Positions 9,283 through 20,103 of a stretch of DNA of 64,000 nucleotides are shown in pieces. The DNA comes from a virus (taxonomy: Duplodnaviria; Caudoviricetes). Below the pieces are notes generated by a model. The model was given only the letters and a program-made list of their open reading frames with translations. It had not been told where the DNA came from and searched no databases. The stretch is from IMG/VR virus record IMGVR_UViG_3300032237_000809, positions 32,001 through 96,000 of that record; one strand, 5' to 3'. The position numbers and the translations under genes are program-made. Positions within the stretch are counted from its first letter, which is position 1; each line of letters starts with the position of its first letter.

Positions 9283-11490
9283 ATGGCGCTAAATTTAGCA
9301 TCTCCTGGAATTGTAGTAAGGGAAGTTGACTTAACAGTTGGGAGAGTTGGGCCAGCTTCAAATAAAATTGGTGCAATCGTAGCTCCTTTTGCAAAGGGAC
9401 CTGTAGATTCACCAACTCTGGTTGAAACAGAGAAAGATTTACTAAACAATTTTGGTGAGCCATATGCAACAGATAAAAATTATGAGCATTGGTTAGTTGC
9501 TTCTTCTTATCTTGCATATGGGGGATCACTTAGAGTAGTGAGAGCAGACGACACATCATTTAAAAATGGTATGGTAGGTACTGCTGCTAGTGTTAAAATT
9601 AAAAGTTTAGAGCACTATACTGAATTAGGGTATGATGAAAACACAATTACTGATGTAACTATTGCTGCAAGAAATCCTGGTTCCTGGTCTAATGGAATTA
9701 GAGTAGCAATGATTGATGCTAAAGCAGATCAAATTTTAAATGGAATTGACACTACTAACATCACTATTGGATGTGGTCTTACACAATCTGCTAATAGTAA
9801 AGTTAAGGCAGGAATTGGAACAACATCAATTCTTGGAGGATACATAAAAGGTATTGTTACTGGTGTTGGAACTGCTGTAGGTCTTTCAACGAATCAAATT
9901 TTAGTTAAGTTTTTATCACATGTTTCTACTGGAGGAACAATTACAAATATTGATTATCAACCATCAAGTATCTATTCTTTTACTAATTCTGGATTTGTTT
10001 CAATTAGTACAAGTGGTGGATATATTGGAACTGCTGCATATAGTTCACAATTAGATTGGTTTGATCAGCAACAACTTGTACTTGGAAATACTGCAGTTGG
10101 ATCTGGAACAACATATATAACTATTAATTGGAATAATATTGCCGATCGTCCATCTACTTCAGATTATGCAGAATCTAGAGGATCAAGATTCGATGAAGTT
10201 CATATTGTAGTAATTGATGCCTTAGGGTCAATTACTGGTAATGCAGGAACAATTCTTGAGAAGCATTTAAATATTTCCAAAGCATCTGATGCACAATTTT
10301 CAGTTGGAAGTCCTTCTTACTGGAGAAAATATCTTGCAAATAATTCTGAATATATTTTTGGTGGATCTGCTCCAACAGGTATTGTAACTACTGGATTTAG
10401 TTATGATTTTACATTATCAAATGATATTGGTTGGGATCAAACTGCCGATGGTGGAACTGGAGGAGTTATTTTTGGTGGTACTGGAGCACAAAACTTTGTT
10501 CTTTCCAAAGGATCAGATTATGGTGGGAAAACGGGAATTAGTTCAACAGGTGCATTAACTGCATCAGTTGGAAAACTTTCTGAAGGATATGATTTATTTG
10601 AAAATACGGATAATTTTAAAGTTGATTTTCTCTTAATGGGTTCTGCAAATTATGGTATCTATGATGCTCAAGCACTTGCAGAAAAGGTCATTTCTGTTGC
10701 AGAATTAAGAAAAGATGCACTTGCATTTATTTCACCATATAGAGGATCTTCATTATCAGATACTTCAGATCAAAGCAAAGTAACTGTGTATTCGGATGCA
10801 ACAATTACTGATAAACTTATTGAATTCTATGCACCTATTACATCTTCAACTTATGCAGTATTTGATTCTGGATATAAGTACATGTATGATAGATTCTCAG
10901 ATACTTTTAGATATGTTCCCTTAAATGGTGATATTGCTGGAACTTGTGCTCGTAATGATATTAACAACTTCCCATGGTATTCGCCAGCAGGAACTTCAAG
11001 AGGAGCAATCTTGAACGCAGTGAAACTTGCATATAATCCATCTAAATCTCAAAGAGATCGTCTTTACACAAATAGAATTAATCCAGTTATCTTCTCCCCA
11101 GGAGCAGGTATTGTTTTATTTGGTGATAAAACTGCTTATGGTAAAGCATCTGCATTTGATAGAATTAACGTTCGTAGACTTTTTGTTTACTTAGAAACTG
11201 CAATTTCTTCAGCTGCTAAGGATCAACTTTTCCAGTTTAATGATGAAATCACAAGAACCAACTTCGTAAATATTATAGAACCATTCCTCCGCGATGTTCA
11301 AGCAAAGAGGGGAATTTATGATTATGTTGTTGTTTGTGATGAAACCAATAATACCGCAGCTGTAATTGATTCTAACGAATTTGTTGCAGATATTTACATC
11401 AAACCAGCAAGATCAATTAACTTCATTGGTCTTACTTTTGTCGCCACCAGAACTGGTGTTTCATTTGACGAAGTAATCGGTCAATTCTAA
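9283..11490 (+). CDS. gp18: Tail sheath protein
   Basis: SPGIVVREVDLT start, PWYSPAG..RG, GDKT, FDRINVRRLF, IYIKPARSINFI. Confidence 0.97.
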   Translation: MALNLASPGIVVREVDLTVGRVGPASNKIGAIVAPFAKGPVDSPTLVETEKDLLNNFGEPYATDKNYEHWLVASSYLAYGGSLRVVRADDTSFKNGMVGTAASVKIKSLEHYTELGYDENTITDVTIAARNPGSWSNGIRVAMIDAKADQILNGIDTTNITIGCGLTQSANSKVKAGIGTTSILGGYIKGIVTGVGTAVGLSTNQILVKFLSHVSTGGTITNIDYQPSSIYSFTNSGFVSISTSGGYIGTAAYSSQLDWFDQQQLVLGNTAVGSGTTYITINWNNIADRPSTSDYAESRGSRFDEVHIVVIDALGSITGNAGTILEKHLNISKASDAQFSVGSPSYWRKYLANNSEYIFGGSAPTGIVTTGFSYDFTLSNDIGWDQTADGGTGGVIFGGTGAQNFVLSKGSDYGGKTGISSTGALTASVGKLSEGYDLFENTDNFKVDFLLMGSANYGIYDAQALAEKVISVAELRKDALAFISPYRGSSLSDTSDQSKVTVYSDATITDKLIEFYAPITSSTYAVFDSGYKYMYDRFSDTFRYVPLNGDIAGTCARNDINNFPWYSPAGTSRGAILNAVKLAYNPSKSQRDRLYTNRINPVIFSPGAGIVLFGDKTAYGKASAFDRINVRRLFVYLETAISSAAKDQLFQFNDEITRTNFVNIIEPFLRDVQAKRGIYDYVVVCDETNNTAAVIDSNEFVADIYIKPARSINFIGLTFVATRTGVSFDEVIGQF

Positions 11491-11511
11491 TTAATCTAGA
11501 GGTAAAAAACC

Positions 11512-12105
11512 ATGGCAACCAGAAATCAATTAAATCCACCTCCTTTAAGGAAGATTACCGACTTCAAGAGTAAACTCTCTGGTGGTGGTACTCGCGCAAA
11601 CCTTTTTGAAGTTGTATTGTCATTCCCAGCATCTTCTCCAACAGATAATGTTACTCTTGATAAAATTAGATTTTTAGTCAAAACAGCAGCTCTTCCAGCA
11701 TCCACTATTGGTCCTGTTAATGTTCCATTTAGAGGAAGAATTTTAAAAGTCGCTGGAGATAGAACTTTTGAAAGTTGGACTGTTACTGTAATTAATGATA
11801 CAGACTTTGCAATTCGTTCTGCTCTTGAAAAATGGGTCAATTCAATCAACAGAGTTTCTGATGCAACTGGTGCTACTGATCCAGCACTTTATCAAGCAGA
11901 TGCTTTTGTTTATCAATTAGATCGTGATGGTTCTACTCTTAGAGCATATCACATGTATGATATTTTCCCAACTAATATTTCACCAATTGCCCTTTCTTAT
12001 GATACCACTGATGCAATTGAAGATTTTACTTGTGAATTCCAAGTTCAATGGTGGGAAGCAATTAAAGGAAATGGTGCAAACTCCGGTGGTGAAGATATCA
12101 ACTAA
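11512..12105 (+). CDS. gp19: Tail tube protein
   Basis: GGTRANLFEV, VPFRGRILKVAGDRTF..WT.TVIND. Confidence 0.96.
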   Translation: MATRNQLNPPPLRKITDFKSKLSGGGTRANLFEVVLSFPASSPTDNVTLDKIRFLVKTAALPASTIGPVNVPFRGRILKVAGDRTFESWTVTVINDTDFAIRSALEKWVNSINRVSDATGATDPALYQADAFVYQLDRDGSTLRAYHMYDIFPTNISPIALSYDTTDAIEDFTCEFQVQWWEAIKGNGANSGGEDIN

Positions 12106-12131
12106 ATATAATATACAGATAAAATTATAAG

Positions 12132-13820
12132 ATGGCAAAACTTTTTGGATTTTCAATTGATGATTCTAATGATAAACTAAAATCTAAATCTATTGTCTCC
12201 CCCGTTCCACCTAACAATGACGACGGGGTAGACAATTTTATTGCGAGTGGATTTTATGGTCAATATTTAGATATTGAAGGTGTTTATAGAACTGAATTTG
12301 ATTTAATCAAAAGATATCGTGAAATGGCATTACATCCTGAGTGTGATAATGCAATTGAAGATGTTGTAAATGAAGCAATTGTAAGTGATTTATATGATTC
12401 TCCAGTAGAAATTGAACTTTCAAATTTAAATGCTAGTGATAAATTAAAAGAAAAAATTAGAGAGGAATTTAAATATATTAAAGAACTCATGGATTTTGAC
12501 AGAAAATGTCATGAGATTTTTAGGAATTGGTATGTTGATGGTAAATTGTATTATTTAAAAGTAATTGATATTAAAAAACCTCAAGAGGGTATACAGGATC
12601 TGAGATATATTGATCCTATGAAGATGAAATTTGTTCGACAAGAAAAAAATAAAGATAAAAGAAATTTACTTAATATAAACACTGCACAAGAAACTGATAA
12701 GGTATTTTATCCAGAACTTGATGAATTTTTCTTATATACGCCTATACCATCTTACCCATCTGCGGGAATGATCAGTGGTGGTGGAACTGCTAAACATATT
12801 AAAATTGCCAGAGATTCGATAACATATGTTACTTCTGGTCTTGTAGACAGAAATAAAGGTACTATTCTTTCATATTTACATAAAGCAATCAAGGCTCTCA
12901 ATCAACTGAGAATGATTGAAGATTCACTTGTAATTTATAGACTTTCAAGAGCACCAGAACGTCGTATTTTTTATATTGATGTTGGCAATCTTCCTAAAGT
13001 AAAAGCGGAACAATATCTCAAAGAGGTTATGTCTCGCTATAGAAATAAGTTAGTTTACGATGCCAGCACTGGAGAAGTTCGTGATGATCGTAAATTTATG
13101 TCCATGATGGAAGATTTTTGGTTGCCTCGTCGTGAAGGTGGTAGAGGAACTGAAATTACTACTCTTCCAGGTGGTCAAAATCTTGGAGAACTTAGTGATA
13201 TTGAATATTTCCAGAAAAAACTTTATAGAGCACTCGGTGTTCCAGAATCTAGAATAGCTGGAAGTGGAGACGGATTTAATCTTGGTCGTTCATCAGAAAT
13301 TCTGAGAGATGAATTAAAATTTACAAAATTTGTAGGGCGTTTAAGAAAAAGATTTTCTAATCTGTTTAATGATATGCTCAAAACTCAATTAGTTTTGAAG
13401 AATATTGTTACTCCAGAAGATTGGGATTCGATGAGTGACCATATTCAATATGATTATCTTTATGACAATCAATTTGCTGAACTTAAAGAATCAGAACTGA
13501 TAAGTGAAAGATTGGGAATTCTTGCAACTATCGAACCTTATATTGGAAAATATTATTCACAAGAATATGTTCGCAAAAGAATACTGAGACAAACAGATAG
13601 TGAAATTATTGAGATAAATCAACAAATTAAGAGTGAAATTAAAAAAGGAATTATTCCAGATCCGGCAACAATTGATCCAATTACTGGCGAACCTTTACCA
13701 CCACCAGATCAAATGGGAATGGATACCGGAATGCCACAAGATCAGGGTATGGATCAACAATTGGCAGTACCACCACCTCCAATGCCATCTTCCAAAGAAG
13801 TTAAAAAAGCAGAGATATAA
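12132..13820 (+). CDS. gp20: Portal protein
   Basis: SYLHKAIK, YRLSRAPERRIFYIDVGNLP, EDFWLPRREGGRGTEITTLPGG. Confidence 0.98.
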   Translation: MAKLFGFSIDDSNDKLKSKSIVSPVPPNNDDGVDNFIASGFYGQYLDIEGVYRTEFDLIKRYREMALHPECDNAIEDVVNEAIVSDLYDSPVEIELSNLNASDKLKEKIREEFKYIKELMDFDRKCHEIFRNWYVDGKLYYLKVIDIKKPQEGIQDLRYIDPMKMKFVRQEKNKDKRNLLNINTAQETDKVFYPELDEFFLYTPIPSYPSAGMISGGGTAKHIKIARDSITYVTSGLVDRNKGTILSYLHKAIKALNQLRMIEDSLVIYRLSRAPERRIFYIDVGNLPKVKAEQYLKEVMSRYRNKLVYDASTGEVRDDRKFMSMMEDFWLPRREGGRGTEITTLPGGQNLGELSDIEYFQKKLYRALGVPESRIAGSGDGFNLGRSSEILRDELKFTKFVGRLRKRFSNLFNDMLKTQLVLKNIVTPEDWDSMSDHIQYDYLYDNQFAELKESELISERLGILATIEPYIGKYYSQEYVRKRILRQTDSEIIEINQQIKSEIKKGIIPDPATIDPITGEPLPPPDQMGMDTGMPQDQGMDQQLAVPPPPMPSSKEVKKAEI

Positions 13821-13850
13821 ATAATTATTATAATACTATATTAAAGTTTC

Positions 13851-14066
13851 ATGGAAGAACTTATCGATATGATTGCTACAGATTCTGCAGCATCTCAAAT
13901 TACTGACAGAATTAAGGATTTACTTTTTGCAAAAGCTGCAGAAAGAATTGATGGTGCTAAACCATATGTGGCTTCAACAATGTTTGGTGAGGATGATGTT
14001 GAAGATATTGAAAATGAAGATGATGAAGATGAAGATAGTGAAGAGTACTCCGAGGATCAAGAATAA
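13851..14066 (+). CDS. Small acidic prohead core-like protein (gp67 position)
   Basis: Very acidic C-terminus, late promoter at 13816, between gp20 and gp21. Confidence 0.55.
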   Translation: MEELIDMIATDSAASQITDRIKDLLFAKAAERIDGAKPYVASTMFGEDDVEDIENEDDEDEDSEEYSEDQE

Positions 14067-14608
14067 TGGCAATAAAAATTATTCAGGACACACAAATTCC
14101 AAAAATATCACCATCAGTTGGTGTTGCGGCAACGAGTGTACCTATTGCCCTTAAAACTGGATATTTAAGAATCACTATTGGATCAACTCTTGGATCTTCT
14201 GGCGGATATATTGCTATTGGAACTAACCCAGTAGCAACACAGGACAATTATCACATTACATCATATAGTGTTGATATCATAAAAGAACCTCTCAAAAATC
14301 AAAAAATTGCAGGAATTGTTACAGGAACGACTACAAAAATAATCTTTGATACGAATGAATGGCATTCTTTTAACGCACAAGATTATGTGACTATTTCTGG
14401 TGCTGCAACTGCTGGAATAAACACAACACATAATGCAATTGTTTCTTTAGATAATTCATCAGTTACGATTAATTTCAATAGTTCTTCAATTTCTTCACCA
14501 AATATTACTGGAGCATCACTTTCCAGAAGTGTAAAAGTATCTTGTCTTACTCATTCGCCAAGTACTTTTTTTAATATTGCAGAAGTAGTCACACTAGTCT
14601 CAGAATAA
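14066..14608 (+). CDS. Hypothetical structural protein
   Basis: 180-aa beta-rich ORF translationally coupled in the head operon. Confidence 0.55.
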   Translation: MAIKIIQDTQIPKISPSVGVAATSVPIALKTGYLRITIGSTLGSSGGYIAIGTNPVATQDNYHITSYSVDIIKEPLKNQKIAGIVTGTTTKIIFDTNEWHSFNAQDYVTISGAATAGINTTHNAIVSLDNSSVTINFNSSSISSPNITGASLSRSVKVSCLTHSPSTFFNIAEVVTLVSE

Positions 14609-14612
14609 AAAA

Positions 14613-15263
14613 ATGAAACTCATCACAGAAGAAGTACAAAAGGTCAAATTTATTACAGAAGGAAAAGGTTCCGGAAAGAAAATGTTTATTGAAGGAATTT
14701 TCCTTCAAGGAGATATTTGTAATCGTAACGGAAGAATGTATCCAATGGATACTTTAATGAGAGAAGTAAAACGTTATAATGAATCTTTTGTCAATAAAGG
14801 TCGTGCTCTTGGAGAACTTGGGCATCCTGATGGTCCTACCGTTAATCTTGATCGTGTTTCTCACATGATTACTTCTCTCGTTAGAGAGGGAAGTAATATT
14901 AAAGGAAGAGCACAACTTCTTGAAACACCAATGGGAAAAATTGCCAAAGCACTTATTGCTGAAGGTGTTTGTCTTGGTGTTTCTTCCCGTGGTGTTGGAT
15001 CATTAAAAATGACTAATGAAGGTCATAAAATTGTTGGTGAAGATTTTATGTTGGCGACTGCAGCAGATATTGTTGCAGATCCTTCCGCACCTGATGCTTT
15101 TGTTCAGGGAATTATGGAAGGTAAAGAATGGATTTATGACAATAGTAAGCAGGTTTGGATTGCAGAATCAATTAAAAATATAATTGATAAAGATGTTAAA
15201 AAAAGAAAATTGACAGAAGAAAGAAAACTTGAGCATTTTGAGAAATTTATAAGTATGCTATGA
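14613..15263 (+). CDS. gp21: Prohead core protease
   Basis: MKLITE, NRNGRMY, ALGELGHP, GVSSRGVGS, DIVADPSAPDAFV. Confidence 0.97.
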   Translation: MKLITEEVQKVKFITEGKGSGKKMFIEGIFLQGDICNRNGRMYPMDTLMREVKRYNESFVNKGRALGELGHPDGPTVNLDRVSHMITSLVREGSNIKGRAQLLETPMGKIAKALIAEGVCLGVSSRGVGSLKMTNEGHKIVGEDFMLATAADIVADPSAPDAFVQGIMEGKEWIYDNSKQVWIAESIKNIIDKDVKKRKLTEERKLEHFEKFISML

Positions 15264-15853
15264 AAAATGAACATTACGTTTATGCTCTTGTAGATCCAAT
15301 TAATAGAATTCCATTCTATATTGGTAAAGGTAAAAAAGATAGGTGTTATTCGCATTTAAAAGGATGTGCCAATTATAATGAAGAAAAATTGAATTATATC
15401 AAAAATATAAGACTTTTAGGATTTGAACCAGTGGTTTATAAAATTATTGAAAATTTATCAAATAAACATTCATTAGAATATGAAGATTATTTTATTGAAT
15501 ATTATAAAGAATTTCTTACAAACAAGAAGATAAGTCCACCAGATAGGACGGGATCTAAACTTTCAGAATATCACAAAAAAATATTAAAAGAAAAAAATTT
15601 AGGAAAAAAATTAAGTGAAAATCATAAAATAAAAATAGGTACATCTAATTCACATAAACCAAATTATAATATAAATAAAATTTATAAAGATAAATCTTTA
15701 CATAAAAATGAAGGATCAAAAAATCCTAACTCTAAAAAAATTATTTGTAATGGAATAACTTTTGGATGTATGAAAGATGCTTATGAATATTTTAATGTTT
15801 CTAAGCAGACTTTTAAGAAAAGATATGATTTTAATTTTCTTCCAAATCTTTAA
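15260..15853 (+). CDS. Putative GIY-YIG-family homing endonuclease with NUMOD3-like repeats
   Basis: YVYALVDP...PFYIGKGK..R...H; KLSE.HK repeats; ATGA overlap with gp21. Confidence 0.8.
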   Translation: MKNEHYVYALVDPINRIPFYIGKGKKDRCYSHLKGCANYNEEKLNYIKNIRLLGFEPVVYKIIENLSNKHSLEYEDYFIEYYKEFLTNKKISPPDRTGSKLSEYHKKILKEKNLGKKLSENHKIKIGTSNSHKPNYNINKIYKDKSLHKNEGSKNPNSKKIICNGITFGCMKDAYEYFNVSKQTFKKRYDFNFLPNL

Positions 15854-15889
15854 ATTATAAATAAATATAGATTATACACAAAATCTAAA

Positions 15890-17047
15890 ATGTCCGTTGG
15901 TAGCAATTTACAAGAAATGGAAAACGTAGTAACCAAAGGAGCTGCACCTGCTGAACCAATGCAAAAGTTGTCCACTGGAATTGCTCCTGGACAAACTGGC
16001 GCATGGGAAGATTTAGGTGGACCTACTCCAGAAAATTATCGCACAGATGACGACTCAGCGAGACTTAATACTCCTGGATCTACTCTTCAACAAGTTAGAA
16101 ATGTCGTTAATGCTAAGGCTGCTGCGGCAGATCCTATGCAAACAATGGCAAAAGAAGATACTGAATATAATGACGATGAAGAACTTGTAGAAGAATCTGA
16201 AACCGAGGATGATAAAAAAGACAAAGAGGAAGATAAGAAGGAGTATGGCAAAAAGAATCCTTCTGCATCTGAAGAAGATGATAAGAAAAAGAAGGAAGAT
16301 GAAGATGAAATGAAGGAAGAGTATGACATTGAAGAAGATGTCAATGCTCTCCTTGCTGGTGAGGATCTTTCTGAAGAATTCCAAGAGAAAGCACGTACCA
16401 TCTTTGAAGCTGCTATTAGATCGAAAGTTTTTGAGATCAAAGAGCAGATTCAAGAAACCTATGAAAATGCACTCATTGAAGAAGTTGAAAATATTAAGCA
16501 AGGACTCACTGAAAGAGTTGATGCTTATCTTGAATATGTTGCAGATGAGTGGGTTTCAGAAAATGCCCTTGCAATTGAGCAAGGACTTAAAACTGAAATG
16601 ACTGAATCATTCCTCCTTGGAATGAAGAGTCTTTTTGAAGATCATTATGTATCAATCCCTGAAGAGAAATATGATGTAATCGAGAGTATGGTAGATAAAC
16701 TTGATGAAATGGAAGAAAAACTCAACGAGCAAATTGAAAAAAATATTGCTCTTAATAACAGATTAGCAGAGTCGGTTGCTGATGTAATCTTTGGAGATAT
16801 CTCCGATGGTCTTGCACTTTCGCAAAAAGACAAACTCGCTTCTCTTGCAGAAAATGTTGAGTTTGATAGTGAAGAAAACTATCGTGAGAAACTGGTAACT
16901 TTGAGGGAATCATACTTCCCATCTAATACTAGTACTCAAAGAGAAGTTACTGAGAATTTATCTGAAGAAGTAGAATATTCCAATCCTTCACAAATCAGTG
17001 GAACTATGGAAAGATATCTTTCAGTTCTCAGTAGAACTACTAAGTGA
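15890..17047 (+). CDS. gp22: Prohead core scaffold protein
   Basis: WEDLGGPTPENY, LSEEFQEKARTIFEAA, VDAYLEYV..EW, KL.TLRESYF. Confidence 0.95.
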   Translation: MSVGSNLQEMENVVTKGAAPAEPMQKLSTGIAPGQTGAWEDLGGPTPENYRTDDDSARLNTPGSTLQQVRNVVNAKAAAADPMQTMAKEDTEYNDDEELVEESETEDDKKDKEEDKKEYGKKNPSASEEDDKKKKEDEDEMKEEYDIEEDVNALLAGEDLSEEFQEKARTIFEAAIRSKVFEIKEQIQETYENALIEEVENIKQGLTERVDAYLEYVADEWVSENALAIEQGLKTEMTESFLLGMKSLFEDHYVSIPEEKYDVIESMVDKLDEMEEKLNEQIEKNIALNNRLAESVADVIFGDISDGLALSQKDKLASLAENVEFDSEENYREKLVTLRESYFPSNTSTQREVTENLSEEVEYSNPSQISGTMERYLSVLSRTTK

Positions 17048-17099
17048 TTTTTAAATTATAACAAATCAAACTAACACGTTTTAACTAGAGGTAAAACAA

Positions 17100-18506
17100 A
17101 TGCAAATGTTCAATGCAGAATATTTGCAGGAGAAGTGGGCACCAATCCTGGACTATCAGGGACTTGATTCAATCAAGGATTCTCATCGTAGAATGGTTAC
17201 CGCTGTCCTGCTTGAAAACCAAGAAAAAACTATTCGTGAAGAGCGCGAGTTTCTTTCCGAAAACGTTCCAACCAATAGCACCGCCTCAGGATCCAATCCC
17301 GGTTTTAGTGGTAGTGCATCTTCACCTGTTGCTGGTTTCGATCCCGTTCTGATCTCCTTGATCAGACGTGCAATGCCTAACTTGGTCGCTTATGACCTTG
17401 CTGGTGTTCAACCAATGAACGGTCCTACAGGACTTATCTTCGCAATGCGTTCACGCTACAAGACACAACTTGGTACGGAAACATTCTACAACGAAGTAGA
17501 TTCCGCATTCTCAGGTCAAGGTTCAACCTTCACCGAAACCGAAGGATGGACTTCTGGTACAGTTGGTCTTGGTACTACTGCTCAGTCAGGTTCAAACCCA
17601 GGTCTTCTTGATGCAGCTGGAACCAACGCAACGGTTTATAACGTTGGTCAAGGTATGCGTACTGATAACGCAGAAAACCTTGGTACTGCCGAAGGTGGTC
17701 AGTTCAACGAAATGTCTTTCTCAATTGAGAAGATTACCGTTACTGCAAAGTCACGCGCTCTGAAAGCTGAGTACTCGTTAGAACTCGCACAAGATCTTAA
17801 GGCAATTCACGGGTTGAATGCAGAAGCTGAGTTGGCAAATCTTCTGTCAACTGAGATTCTTGCTGAAATCAACCGTGAAGTCATTCGTACCATCTATAAC
17901 GTTGCTAAGCCTGGTGCTCAAACCAACGTTGCTACTGCCGGTACTTTTGACCTTGATGTTGACTCCAACGGTCGTTGGTCAGTTGAGAAGTTCAAAGGAC
18001 TTATCTTCCAAATCGAGCGCGATGCTAACGCAATCGCACAACAAACTCGTAGAGGAAAGGGTAATATGATCCTCTGCTCGGCAGACGTTGCTTCGGCACT
18101 CACCATGGCAGGTGTTCTCGATTACACCCCAGCACTCAACGCTAATCTTAACGTTGATGACACTGGCAATACCTTCGCTGGTATCCTCCAAGGCAAGTAT
18201 AAGGTCTATATTGATCCTTATGCTGGTGGTTTCACAAACTCCAACGTCACTGGTGGTCAGTATTATGTTGTCGGTTATAAGGGTTCTTCACCTTATGACG
18301 CTGGACTCTTCTATTGTCCTTATGTTCCTCTCCAAATGGTTCGCGCCGTTGGTGAGAACACCTTCCAGCCTAAAATCGGATTCAAGACCAGATATGGCAT
18401 TGTTGCTAACCCATTCGCTAAGGGTGCAGACACTGCTAATCCTGGTGTTCTTGAGAGAAACACCAACGTCTACTACAGAAGAGTTACTGTTCAAAATTTA
18501 ATGTAA
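17100..18506 (+). CDS. gp23: Major capsid protein
   Basis: KWAPIL, LLENQE, DPVLISLIRRAMP, GVQPMNGPTGLIFAMR, KSRALKAEYS, YDAGLFYCPYVPL. Confidence 0.99.
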   Translation: MQMFNAEYLQEKWAPILDYQGLDSIKDSHRRMVTAVLLENQEKTIREEREFLSENVPTNSTASGSNPGFSGSASSPVAGFDPVLISLIRRAMPNLVAYDLAGVQPMNGPTGLIFAMRSRYKTQLGTETFYNEVDSAFSGQGSTFTETEGWTSGTVGLGTTAQSGSNPGLLDAAGTNATVYNVGQGMRTDNAENLGTAEGGQFNEMSFSIEKITVTAKSRALKAEYSLELAQDLKAIHGLNAEAELANLLSTEILAEINREVIRTIYNVAKPGAQTNVATAGTFDLDVDSNGRWSVEKFKGLIFQIERDANAIAQQTRRGKGNMILCSADVASALTMAGVLDYTPALNANLNVDDTGNTFAGILQGKYKVYIDPYAGGFTNSNVTGGQYYVVGYKGSSPYDAGLFYCPYVPLQMVRAVGENTFQPKIGFKTRYGIVANPFAKGADTANPGVLERNTNVYYRRVTVQNLM

Positions 18507-18526
18507 TTCTAACATTAAATACTATT

Positions 18527-18559
18527 AAAGGGATCTTAAGATCCCTTTTTTTATAAATA
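18527..18559 (+). terminator. Intrinsic terminator after gp23, fused to a late promoter
   Basis: Perfect 22-bp palindrome AAAGGGATCTTAAGATCCCTTT, T-run, then TATAAATA. Confidence 0.8.
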
Positions 18560-18582
18560 ATTATGTTATAAACTTTGGTGAT

Positions 18583-19068
18583 ATGTTTTATATTTACAAG
18601 TCCACAAATAAAATTAATAATAAATTTTATATTGGGAGATGTAAGGGACCCATCAAAAAAAGGGAATATAAACACTGGTGGTATGCTACAAATAAAAAAA
18701 GTAATATGCCATTTCCAAATGCTTTAAGAAAATATGGAAGAAACAATTTTATATGGGAAATTTTAGAAGAAACTGAACAGTATAATAATGGTGAACGAGA
18801 GATATACTGGATAGATAAATTAAAACCAGATTATAATGCAACTTTAGGTGGAGATGGTGGAAAATTTGGACACACTTGTCCTGAACATGTAAAAGAAGCG
18901 ACAAGGCAATCTAGAATTGTGTCAGTAAAGGATAGAAAAACTGGAAAAATTTATAATTCTATGAAAGAAGCAAGAGAAGATACTGGAGTTTTTGAAAGTA
19001 GTATAGGTAGATCATTGAAATATAATGGACAAAATGGTAGATGGGAAAAAGTGTCTAAATACAAATAA
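18583..19068 (+). CDS. GIY-YIG homing endonuclease (Seg-like)
   Basis: YIYKSTNKINNKFYIG, ALRKYGRNNF.WEILE, EIYWI....P.YN.T.GG. Confidence 0.85.
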   Translation: MFYIYKSTNKINNKFYIGRCKGPIKKREYKHWWYATNKKSNMPFPNALRKYGRNNFIWEILEETEQYNNGEREIYWIDKLKPDYNATLGGDGGKFGHTCPEHVKEATRQSRIVSVKDRKTGKIYNSMKEAREDTGVFESSIGRSLKYNGQNGRWEKVSKYK

Positions 19069-19072
19069 AACG

Positions 19073-19459
19073 ATGAAGACGTTTAAACAATTCATGACAG
19101 AGGCAACACCATTTGCCTTAGTAGGACCAACGAGTGCCTATGGTCCTGGATTGTATGGAAATAAAACTGCAAGTGGTCAAGTTTTAACTCCAAATACTAT
19201 AGGAATTGCTCACAAAACACTTCCTTTAGGTAGTCAAGTTAGATTAACAGATCCAAAAACTAAAAAAAGTATACAAGTTCCTGTAATTGATAGAGGTCCT
19301 TATGTAGGAAATCGTCAAGCAGATATAACAGATGCTACTGTAAAAAGAATGGGTTATAAAGGATGGAAAGATTATGGAGTTCGTGATATAGATGTAACCC
19401 CAGTGGGAGCAAAGCCAACAAAACCTAAAAAACCACCAATTATTGGATTACCAGACTAA
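19073..19459 (+). CDS. RlpA-like double-psi beta-barrel (lytic transglycosylase/expansin-like) protein with capsid-targeting-like N-terminus
   Basis: SAYG..LYGNKTASG...IAHKTLPLGS.V.L......V.VIDRGPY..R..DI motif; begins MKTFKQFMTEA. Confidence 0.8.
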   Translation: MKTFKQFMTEATPFALVGPTSAYGPGLYGNKTASGQVLTPNTIGIAHKTLPLGSQVRLTDPKTKKSIQVPVIDRGPYVGNRQADITDATVKRMGYKGWKDYGVRDIDVTPVGAKPTKPKKPPIIGLPD

Positions 19460-20007
19460 TGGCAATTTCACCATATGCAAATCAAATTGGAAATAGAAAT
19501 TTTCTTTCTCCAGTTGGATTTAAATTTACTCTAGCAAAAGAACCTAAAGTTGCATTTTTCTGCAATTCTGCAAAAATTCCAGAAATTACTTTAGGAGTTG
19601 CCAAACAACCAACATATTTAAAAAATCTTGATGTTCCTGGAGAAATTCTCACATATGGGGATTTTACTTTAAAATTTTTAGTCGATGAAAATATGACTAA
19701 TTATATGTGTATTCATAATTGGTTAACTGGATTAGGATTTCCGGAAAGTGCAGACCAGTATAAAAAATTAACTACAAATGATCAAGAAGTAAGAGATTCT
19801 AAAAAGGCATTTAGTGATGGATCACTTCATATCTTAAATAGCAATTATAGGGATATTGCTATCATAAAATTAAAAGATTTATTTCCAATGTCATTGTCAG
19901 CATTAGAATTTGATGCTACATTAACTGATATATTATACCTTTCTGCAGAAGTCACCTTCAAATACACAATCTATGATATACTAGGAACAAACGGCAAACC
20001 CTTATAA
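19459..20007 (+). CDS. gp3: Tail tube terminator / head-proximal tail completion protein
   Basis: NRNFLSPVGFKF, L.FLVDENM.NY..IHNW, FP.SLS.LEF, A.VTFKY. Confidence 0.9.
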   Translation: MAISPYANQIGNRNFLSPVGFKFTLAKEPKVAFFCNSAKIPEITLGVAKQPTYLKNLDVPGEILTYGDFTLKFLVDENMTNYMCIHNWLTGLGFPESADQYKKLTTNDQEVRDSKKAFSDGSLHILNSNYRDIAIIKLKDLFPMSLSALEFDATLTDILYLSAEVTFKYTIYDILGTNGKPL

Positions 20008-20103
20008 ATAATTTTGCTCTAATTGGTTGGCGCTTTTTGGAGATGGGTAGAGAAATCTACCCTATTCCATTATAAATAGTAATGCCAACCAAAATAGAAG
20101 CGG

